Source: Stegostoma tigrinum (lineage: Eukaryota). Taken from it: a DNA stretch of 64,000 nucleotides. The stretch is from NCBI RefSeq assembly GCF_030684315.1, contig NC_081378.1, positions 34,334,252 to 34,398,251 on the forward strand, read 5' to 3'. Positions within the stretch are counted from its first letter, which is position 1. Each line of letters begins with the position of its first letter. A model generated the notes under the pieces. It was not told the origin of the DNA and made no database searches. It saw only the letters and a program-made list of their open reading frames with translations. Positions 12,024-22,703 of this stretch are shown in pieces. The translations under genes were made by a program, and so were the position numbers.

Positions 12024-13655
12024 GCAAGTATTCCTCCATTCTGCCAAGTGTCTAGGTGAGATTTTTGCCCTCGTTTTATATGGAATGAATGGACTTTAAA
12101 AACACAGCTGGACAGGTGTTTGCAAAGGTTTCAAAGACAAGTTCATATTATTTTGAAGCAATCCTCCGCAAAATATATCATATTTATAACAGTATCACAT
12201 TCAATTACTGAAAACTAAATGGAAGGCAAAAGTGACTGAGGTCACAGGTTTGGTGTTTGAGTGGAGGATAAATATTTAAATCTTTGGAAATACAGTTATT
12301 CCAATTAATTTGCCAACAGAACATTAGACAAGGAATTAGTTTGACATCTCCACTGCTAAATTTTGTTTGATAGGCAACTGTCCTTTCTAGAACAGATCAA
12401 ATGAATAGAATTCTTCTGTCTCTGCTGGTTGTAAGGATCCAATTTGAAATGAATAATCCGTTAACTATTTGAAATTATTGCAGCACTAAACACAGATCGC
12501 GGATGACTGCAGCGAGTACAACAGTCTTCCACTCACAGAGACCAGTGTTTGCTTGGAGCTGGTGAACACAGATTCACCAGCTAGAGTTCCTCGTGACCTC
12601 TCACCGTAAGGCAGCATCTGCCCTTTCCAGGGGACTGGAAAGAGAATAAATGTGAGATGCAAGGAATCATGACAATTTAGAAATTTGTAATAAGCTGCTC
12701 CTCTCTTATCATCATTGTCCTCGACTGGAATGTGCTCACTAACATTCTAAGTGCTGGAGAACTGTTTGAAAGTAGAACTTTTGGTAAAGTTCACCACACA
12801 GCTGTACTACTTTCCTGTATGCCAATCCTATGTAGGTGCCACCTATTTTAAAAACCTGCTCTTCAATCCAACAGTGATATTCATTACAGCTAACCATATA
12901 CTGCAGCAGTATTGTTAATATTAGTTACTTACTCTGAAGGGAATTTATCAAGGGAAGACCTTATTTGTTTCAGATGAGTCTGATAATATTTCAATTGTAT
13001 GGAGAGACTTTTCATGAAATTAGTATATATTTGTGTAGTACCAGATCCAAGGAACAATTAGGGACCCTAATCAGGAAAAATAACAGAGAAACTTCTTGGG
13101 GCACATTTTGGTCTGTTTAAGCTTTATTTACAAAAGATTGGACCAAAGGTTTTACGTATGGTTTGCTGAGAGGTCTTTCCTGCTTCCTTCAAAGAGAGTG
13201 GTAAGCACTTCCCCATCTTTTAAATTGATGCATGGAGAGTTCTTTTGGTACTGATATTAAAGTTTATGTAGTATGAGTTGTTCTGAACTGGCCTGGTAAT
13301 CCTCATACAAGGCTCTTACCATGGCACCAATTAAATCCTAGGTAAGTTTGGTTACTGTGAAACTCAATTTAGCTAACACAATAGAATCACATTTCTAACC
13401 AACTGGTCATCTTTAGCACATTGATTTGGCATTCACAAGATGAAAGTCCAGTCTTTCTGAATCACCATTTTTATTATCAGTGCTGGGGTTGCACAAAGAA
13501 AATGAGCTATTTTTAATTTTTTGTGATATTGTCAAAATCTGACTATTGATGTTTAAAAACACATTATTCAAAATAATTTGATGATGTTGATCAAACTTTA
13601 TTTTAAAAACATTTGGCAAATTGTTACTGAATTTTGTAATTCTTTTTTATCGTAG

Positions 13656-13929
13656 GTATTCTTAAAAATAAAGTCGTGTATCCACCACCTTTAAAAGAAA
13701 AGAATCGGATAAATCAAATACATAATGAACTTTCTAACTGTAAAGCAACAGCTATATCTTCACGAACTTCCTCAGTAGGGTCCAGTGACGGGACCCGCAC
13801 CGGCATGAGTGTCTTGATAAAGCAGCCGAGCAGGCCTCCATCACGAGACCAGTTAAATGGGATGACGCCTATACCCATGAATATTAGAACAGGCACAAGC
13901 ACGGTCCATGGAGACACTTCTGATTCAGA
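13656..13929 (+). CDS. CELSR1: CELSR1 penultimate coding exon
   Basis: tcgtag|GT...TCAGA|gtgagt. Translates GILKNKVVYPPPL...SSRTSSVGS...LNG...MNIRTG...DTSDS(E). Confidence 0.92.
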
Positions 13930-14179
13930 GTGAGTATGCTGGGAAAAATGGAATACTTATCCTGAGTTAAAGGAAACAATACAGCTTGGATCCTACCACT
14001 GTACTACTTAAGGAGGTTTCCCTTGTTGAAATATTAATTGAACAAAAGATACCAAAATCATCACGTTCCTCAAACCCCATTTTTTCACCTAGAACATGGT
14101 CACGTAATTTATTTTGCCAGTCAATACCCATCATCTAGTCTCAGTATTCACTGTAATAATCTTTTTTATTTTTGTAAGT

Positions 14180-14397
14180 AAGTGTGACGTCACCATAGCC
14201 CTACCAGACCATAGGGCTGTTCTCCTATTAGATGCAGATGACTGGTGATAGTTTTAACCTGAGGGTCACCATGCCACAGGCAAGGGGAGAGGCTGCGAAG
14301 AAGGATCCTTCATGGTAACTCAAGCCAATATGGGAATTGAACCCTCCCTGCTGGCAACACTGCAAGGTGAACCAGCCATCCAGTGAACTGAGTTACA
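14180..14397 (-). mobile_element. tRNA-derived SINE (second family)
   Basis: A box (aactcagtt) and B box (gggttcaattccc) on -; body shared with 35485-35690 and 40121-40306. Confidence 0.75.
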
Positions 14398-16506
14398 CCA
14401 GATCTCATGAGGAGATTGCACCACACAGTTCCTGGTCAAGAAGGTGCATAGGCATCTACCATAAATGGGCTCTACTTAGTCTTCATTCTGGTAAGACACA
14501 TTTTGGAAATGATATCATGAAACACAACCACTGTCACTTTTGGGAAAGCTGAACATTACTGAATTCTCCATCACAGTCTCCCATGTTTCCAAATATTGGC
14601 ATTTTCCCTCAGAAAAAAAGTAGAGACTGCAGCAGGGAGAGATAAGAGAGAGAAAGTGAGTCTGAACTACAACAAATGAGCTGTTTACTTCCGACCCTGG
14701 TCATAACCAAAAGAAGCACTGAGTTGCAGTTCATAAAACAACAGCCTCTTAAAAGTGTCTCTCCTCAACCCTTCAGCATTCACTTTCCTCCTCGCTGTTT
14801 AATTATGCCACATCTCTCTTTGCACTGTCTTGGTTTTTGTCCTTATTTATACTTTAAAATATTGAATAAGTATTGAATGTTGTATTAGGCAACAAAATAT
14901 TTAACTATTCCAGCATTTCATTTGTACTGAGCACTCACACTTGGGTGTAATTTATCCCATGCATGGTGAAAATTGTTCCAACATTTAAGAATATGCTCAT
15001 ATGGTATCACTTTGCTTTTGAGACTGCTTAAAGAGACAACATAACACTTCTATTATTAATTGAGCAATCTATTATCAAAGGAATATGTTGAGAATGGGCT
15101 AATATTGCACACAGAAATTTGAGGGCTTTTTTATGGTGGATTGCAATTAGAATATTAATTATACTCATCAAATTTAAAAATACTGCTGCTTCATCATAAA
15201 TAAGTTCATGCACCAAATATTGTGTTTGACTGTACATTGGATGTGATCTTCGTGCAAAACGGTGACACCCATACAATAGCACTCTGTTAATATTCCAAAA
15301 ATGTTTACCATAGTAATTAATCTTACTGTCTGTAGTTTTTCAATAATGCTGATGTCTTAGCAACACAACTGAATAACCCCATTAAACCAAGCACCCGAAG
15401 GGATTTTATTTGTTATATAATTTCCAAAGTACCATGAGATAACTGCCAAAATTGTACATGCCTCGAAGAGATGTATGACTAGACACGCCATAAAAACCTC
15501 ACAGACATCACATTCCTAGAACTGAATGGTCTGAATACAAGATCAGAAAACACCCTCTAGCTTTACTCAAGTAGTAGCTGGTTTTAGATTGGTTGCTCAG
15601 CTTTTGTGTGCTTACTGCTGTTACTTTGTGTTATACTGTGAGGTGTAGATTCTCTTGGAGCAGCAACCTGTCCCCAAGCTTGCTCACTTTCAAAACAAGG
15701 AGATCTGCCTTTGATTTTTCCCTGTAAGGTACTAATCCTTCCTCATACACAATGCCTTCCCCATGTGATTTGCTTTTTTCAATTTTCTCCACCTTTTTAT
15801 CCTACTCCTGAAGTTGGTGACTCACACTAAGGTACAGATTAATGAAGACGAATAACTGATTAATGTCAGCTTTCTGGCTAGTCCTTGCATGTGTGAGTCA
15901 TGTCAGGGAATTTTGGCAGACCCTTCAGCTGAATGCAAAGTATCTCCCTTCTTTGTCTGTTTGAAGTAATGATCCCAGCTGCAGTGTGGTGAATCCCAGC
16001 AACTCCACTCTCTCCCAAATCATGCCCAAGTATTTACTGTTCAGAGTTAGTCCAAAACAGTGCGCATGGGCTGACTATTTTGTTCTTGAATGTGTCACAG
16101 TCATGCCAGTTCTGTCATTACCCGATTTACATGTTCACTTTCAAGCAAGGGTCAAGTCAGCAGGATGGGAACCCTGGCTAATCTTACTCTGCCATAGAAA
16201 TTAAATGTATCAACCTAAACATAATCATCTTCGAAATAGCCAACTTGACACAGGCTGGGAATGAATTTGCTGATCGTCCGGTCTACTAGTTGCATATTTC
16301 ATTACAACCTAACCCATTGTTAAACTGAGCAAATTGTTTCTAATAAACTGCAGTGTAAATTTACTGATGATATTTTAAAATTATTTTACTGTCTTTTCAC
16401 ATTAAATATACATTTTATGATTAACTACATTTGAAGTAATGGAACTATTATAGTAAATAGAGGTGTCCGACTTCTGTTTGGTGTTTGTTTAGAGAAAAAG
16501 GCCTGT

Positions 16507-17195
16507 TAGAGTCACAGAGCTGTTCAGCATGGAAACGGACCCTTCGGCCCAACTCATCCATACCGACCAGATATCCTAAATAAACCTTGTCCCATTTGCC
16601 AGCAGTTTGGCCCATATCCCTCTAAACCCTTCCTATTCATATGCCCAGCCAGATGTCTTTTAAATGTTGTCATTGTACCAGCCTCCACCACTTCCTCCGG
16701 CAGCTCATTCGATACGCGCACCACTCTCTCTGTGAAAAGGTTGCCCCTTAGGTCTCTTTTAACTTTTTCCCACCTCTCACCTTAAACCTATGCCCTCTAG
16801 TTTTGGACTGTCCTATCCCAAGCAAAAGACCTTAGCTATTCACCCCATCGATGCCTGTCATGATTTTATAAACCTGTATAAAGTCACCCTCAGCCTCTGA
16901 CACAAGGAAATTAGCCCCACCCTTTTCAGCCTCTCCCTATAGCTGAAACCCTCCAACTCTAGCAACATCCTTGTAAATCTTTTCTGTCCCCTTTCAAGTC
17001 ACAACATCCTTCCAACAGCAGGAAGGCCAGAATTCCAAAATTGGCCTAACCAGTGCCCTGTACAGCTGTGACATGGCCTCCCAACTCCTAGACTCAGCAC
17101 CCTGATCAATAAAGGAAGTGTACCAAGTGCCACCTTCACTATCCTGTCTACCTGGGGCTCCGCCTTTGAGGAACTATGAATCTGCACCCCAAGAC
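16507..17195 (-). mobile_element. CR1 LINE 3' fragment
   Basis: Minus ORF MQIHSSSK...QVDRIVK plus a CR1 3' UTR (gaagggtccgtttccatgctg...ctct). Confidence 0.85.
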
Positions 17196-18964
17196 CCGTT
17201 ATTAATGAGCACCAGAAAGCATTTTTTTCTGGTGAATTGATGTTGGAATATTAATTATTCTAATAATATTTAAAAATACCGTGCGTTCGTTGTAAATGTT
17301 AGCTCTGCTACTCAATTCCTTGGTGTCTCCATTCTTGCAGGGCTCCCTCTGCATCTTCATCCCTCTCTATCTCTGAAACCTCCTCTAGCCCCCAGTCCTC
17401 AAAAACACCCCCACTCAACTCGTTCTGGTCTCTTGAGTATCCCCAGTTTCAAATGCTTTAACAAAAAGTGAGAATTGCATCTTTAGTTCCCCAGCCCCAA
17501 ATTCTGGAATATGCTCCTTTGACCTTCCCATTTACTTTCCCTGTTGAAGATGAATGCGCTTATTGTTCTCTGATTTATGGGACTCAGTGACATATTTCAT
17601 TTTATAATTTTGGTACAAATCTCCAGGGACCATTTTGTTAACAGTAAAGGAGCTATGTAAGTATAAATTGTTAAGAATGTTAATTTGAAAGTGTGCCACT
17701 CGCATGAAAGCATTCAAATCTTTTACATCAATTAAACGGGACTAATTATTTATTCTGCAGAAGTCAGTAGACATATGCATTTTCACTGCAATTCCCCACT
17801 GAGTTTACCACTGGGTTATGGAAATTTGAAGCAAAACTAGTAACATTTGGTGATTTGTTTTTGTCACAAACATTTTGCATGCATGTTTCATTTGTGCAAT
17901 GATGCAATGTATTTTGAGGCAACTTGTATAATTTTTTATATATTTTTATGAAAATACAAGAGATTTAAGAAATGTTTTCCTCAAACTGTTACTTTAATAT
18001 AGTAGGATGAATGACTATGACTAATAGTATCACACCAGTATATGTTCACTAAGCCTTATTAATTTGGAGAGGAGACCATCTAGGTCTATATCTAATTGTG
18101 AAATCAAAATAGGTCCTGGAGAAATGCAGCAGGTTTCATTAGCATCTATGGAGAGAGAAGCAGAGTTAACATTTTGAGTTCTTCATAACTCTTCTGGTTT
18201 GTTTGTGCTGATGGTGCTACTTCACTGTCACTGAAGAAATGTTTGATAGGAATTGTTCAGCATCATTTAGAATTGTGTTCATGTTTTACATTCAGACTAA
18301 GTAACTGTAGTGACTTGTTAATCCTGAAAATAATCTTCTTGTGCTGATCTGTTCTGAACATTTCTATATCTTGAGCTCTTCATTCAAACAAAGTTGCCTC
18401 AAAACTGAATATATCATGCAAGTTGCATGCTACAGTAACTGTTAACATAAGAATTTTTGCAACTAAACCCTCTTTTTAATAATGATTTTACAATATAATT
18501 TATGATAATTACATAGAAATGCTAACAATGACTTCAGATATTTTAGCTGCAAATAATGATCAAACCATGCATGAAATGAGAATAATTTTAATTTTATCTT
18601 CAATTACTAAACTTAATTTGATACAAAAACAATTGCAAGTTTTAGTTTTGTCAAAGAAAGATCAGATTTTAATAAAAATTTATGAAGTCACATCATTCTA
18701 AAATCAGAGTGCAAAATTTTAAATCTGGAGTTGTACCAAAATACTTTAGAAAGTAATATAACAGTATTATTTGTCTTTATAAACTAACTTCACTGTTTCT
18801 CACTCTTGAAAATGAGATTGCAAAGCTTTAAATCTTCTTCCATATTTCAGCATTGTCGTTTGAAGCTGCATACTAATTCCAGTATAACCTTTCTCTTTAA
18901 ACTCATCTGTTGCTGCTACATAACCATGATTCTGCATGTCTCCCCTTCCTTTTCTCATGTCCAG

Positions 18965-18989
18965 AGGAAGTAATGAAACCTCAATCTGA
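18965..18989 (+). CDS. CELSR1: CELSR1 terminal coding exon, (E)GSNETSI*, a class I PDZ ligand
   Basis: Long pyrimidine tract, then ccag|A GGA AGT AAT GAA ACC TCA ATC TGA. Phase matches the previous exon and the peptide matches the GSNETSI terminus of vertebrate Celsr1. Confidence 0.9.
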
Positions 18990-20400
18990 CCCATCAGGAG
19001 ATCAGAAGAATGATTCAACCCACAAGGATTCTTGCCATTGGTGATCCCTGTTCCAATGTACCTCAGACTTCATCACTGTTGTGTTGGTGTTGTCTACACG
19101 AGTAGGATTTTCTTCCAGTCTGTGTCTGCAAATGGGAATTAAGACCCAGGAAATGAAGAAGGTCATATCATTATGGAACTGGAAGGACAGGTATGTGCGG
19201 CTTTCAAGGACACATATTCAACTCGTGCCAAAATGCAGAACAGATAGGTGACCGCCGTGCAGTTCATCTGGATGTGGACAATTTTGACATATGGAGGAAA
19301 TGGACAAATCCCAAGGTAAAACCTGAAGTGCTTCCACTGCCTCATGTTCAGTCCTCTGGGTAGAATTGCAGCCGGCCTGATGGAAAAGCACTATCCTTCT
19401 ACAATGCCTCAATGATGAATAGTTGGTCTCTGTATTGGCAGTGCCAGTAAATTGGTTTGAACAAAATAAGTCTTGCATGTGAGTTGAACTGTTAGTCGCA
19501 AAGCTGTTAGTCACATTGAATTTAGGCTGTAAGTGTCCTTCCATCTCATCATTTGCCTTTTATGGTGGGAGGGTATAGTCTTAAAATGAATGCCTTTTGT
19601 ACAACAAAATTCTAAGATGTATAGATGCTTTTATATATTTTTAAGTCAAAATTTCTGAAGAACTCATTTGTACATGCTTAATTTGTTTTGATTTTGTTAA
19701 TTTGAGTACAAGAGGTTTGCAGAATAGGTAAATCTTCTGACTTTTATAAAGACTAGAAGATTGCACGATTTTACTTGAATTTGGTGTGTTTATATTGTAA
19801 AGTCAACATTTTTCTATTAAGAGAAAGTTGTAACAATTTATAAGAGAAATAGAACTTGAATATGTAACTTGTAAGACAAACTTATTGGAAAATTTAGGAA
19901 TCCAACATGGCCTGTTTTTAGCTTAACTATGCACTTGAGCTTTTGTACTGAAACTTTCTGAAATTCACTTTTCATTCAAACACCCATGTTGGTCTCCCAG
20001 GAAAATGGGAAGGGACAAGACAGAGAGTTCACCAGAGTTGACCAGGAACTGTTTTTGCCAACCAATATTGCTTGTTATATTTGGATACCTGTGAATATTT
20101 GGCATTATTAATACTGATATTAATTATTTTAGATAAAACCTATTGGAACAGTTTGTTTGTATATCATGACTCACCTGCTGTAGTAAATTCTTCTACTTTT
20201 ATTTCAGAAGTATTCTTTAAACTTTTAATACAATTTTGGCTCACTTTAAAGCAAGACCAGATGTTTTTAAATTTTATGATGAAAACTGGACTTTTTAAAA
20301 AAAACACAGATGTATGATATTTATTAACAAGCAAAACACTGGAAATACCGTACAGAGAAACATAATTGTAAAATAAAGAGATTTTGACTTTTTCCATCTG
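18990..20400 (+). other. CELSR1: Probable CELSR1 3' UTR with candidate poly(A) signal AATAAA at 20372-20377
   Basis: Repeat-free AU-rich sequence after the stop. AATAAA is followed by U-rich sequence; a second AATAAA lies at 20661. The true end is not determinable from sequence. Confidence 0.5.
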
Positions 20401-21969
20401 CCTGTTGACATTTCTGACTACTAGTCAGTGCTGCATGGGAAGTTTATAAACAGAAAATAATGCTGTAAAGAGATGCAGCAATACTGATGTATCAGGGTGC
20501 AGGTCAGTGAGTTCCATATAGCAGATTTTTGATACAATGAGAACTAATTAGTGTTGAGAGATTTTGAACTTTTGGAGAAAGGAAGTTGAGCTTTTGGCAT
20601 ACAATTGTCAAAGTACCATTGGCAGGTCTGCCCGGAAGATTTTCATATCAAGAAATGATGAATAAATTGATAAAGTTATGACTTTAACACATATTGGTAT
20701 GAAAATCTTCAGTTTGGTTAAACTGCAAGTCTGTTTTCAAAGGACATTTGGCTCTAAGGCACAACTAATTAGTCAATTAATGGTTACTTGACAGCGTCTC
20801 AAATTTATAACATCTGTACAGATTGCAATTGAAACATTCAAAATACCTCATGATTTTCTTTTCCAGAATGAAGTACTTATTTCTACACACTATATGAGGA
20901 AACAAAAACATATTCTTTTGAGTTAAATGCATTCCATACTGGGCACGCACCATCACTGGTTGTTTCAGAGAGTATCTCATTGGTCTTTTGTCTTCTGTTC
21001 CTGAGATTCTCCCTGGTTAACACTGACCCAAATTCCTTTTACTCAAGCCAGCTGTAAGAATCCTATGCAGAATCACATTAGCTAATTACGGCCTCTCCGA
21101 TCTTTATTTGTTGCATGTTGTGAGAAATACTCCAAAGGTTTGTCAGATGGTTCTAACCTGTGTAGTATTTGCATTCCTGCTAATTTTCCAAAATAGATTA
21201 TTAATGAATAAAATATGGCAATGAAATGTTTAAATGAATTGGTTGGAAAAAAAATGCAAGTTTTATAAAAGAGCCCATTCCATATTTTGCCTTCCCAACA
21301 ACTAACCAAAATGCCCTGGAAGTTTTATCTTATTCGACATTTGGAAGCATAAGATGATATTAACTCTGTTGTCTAGTTTACATATTTTCTTCCACCTAAT
21401 TCTTTCCACTGGCCCAGAACAAATATCTGAGATTTACAGTCTTTAAAACGGTTTAATGCTCTCTTGCTTTCTAAGGTGATTTGGACATTCAAACTGACAG
21501 CAAGAGTAGGCCATTGGCCCCCTCAAGCCCATATCACCAGTTAAGATCTGATTCACAACCTGTCATTCCTGCCTACTGCTGACGACCTTTCACCCTTTTG
21601 CTTACCAAAAATCAGTTCACTTCTGCCTTAAATATTTAAAGGCTTTTCTTCCACAAACTTAACAGGAAGCATATTTCAAAGATTTTCAGCCGTTTGTGTG
21701 AAAACATCTCACCTCAACTCTGTTTTAAATAGGTGACCCCCTATCTATTAAACAGTGAACCCTAATTCTAGCTCCTCCTTTAATGAGAAATATTCACTCC
21801 ACATCTACAGGCTGCACTTTATAGGGGACTAAAGCTTATTTTTATAAGAGAGTTAACAAATGTATATAGAAATTCCTTATTGTTAATTTTTGTCTTTCTG
21901 GTTAGGCTTCTCACACTCTAATCTTTTTCCCTGGATGTGAGTTTGCTCGCTGAGCTGGAAGGTTAGTTT

Positions 21970-22015
21970 TCAGGCGTTTCGTCACTATTCTAGGTAACAT
22001 CATCAGTGAGCCTCC
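21970..22015 (-). ncRNA. Mutated mirror copy of the hammerhead motif
   Basis: CTGATGA...GAAAC then GCC instead of GTC, plus a stem II mismatch; probably inactive. Confidence 0.5.
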
Positions 22016-22654
22016 GATGAAGCGCTGGGGTTATGTCCTGCTTTCTATTTATCTGTTTAGGTTTCCTTGGGTTGGTGATGTCATTTCCTATGTTGGTGAT
22101 GTCATTTCCTGTCCTTTTTCTCAGCGAGTGATAGATGGGCTCCAAATCAATGTGTTTGTTGATGGAGTTCCAGTTGGAATGCCATGCCTGTAGGAATTCT
22201 TGTGCGTATCTCTGTTTGGCTTGTCCTAGGATTGATGTGTTGTCCCAATCAAAGTGGTGCCCTTCCTCATCTGTATGTAAGGATACTAGTGATAGTGGGT
22301 CATGTCGTTTTGTGGCTAGTTCATGTATCCTGGTGGCTAGCTTTCTGCCTGTTTGTCCAATGTAGTGTTTGTCACAGTTTTTGCAAGGTAGTTTGTAGAT
22401 GATGTTTGTTTAGCTTGTTGTCTGTATAGGGTCTTTTAAGTTCATTAGCTGCTGTTTCAATGTGTTGGTGGGTTTGTGGGCTACTCTGATGCCAAGAGGT
22501 ATCATTGGGCATTCCAACTGGAACTGCATCAACAAACACATTGATTTGGAGCCCATCTACCATCCTCTGAGAAAAAGAACAGGAAATGACATCACCAACC
22601 CAAGGAAACCTAACCAGATAAATAGAAAGCGGGACATAACACCAGCGCTTCGTC

Positions 22655-22703
22655 GGAGGCTCACTGATGATGTTACCTAGAATGGTGACGAAACGTCTGA
22701 AAA
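22655..22703 (+). ncRNA. Minimal type I hammerhead ribozyme motif (Penelope pLTR)
   Basis: CTGATGA (22664-70), one extra T, stem II gttacc/ggtgac, GAAA (22690-93), C-GTC with predicted cleavage after 22697, short stem I tca/tga. Confidence 0.7.
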
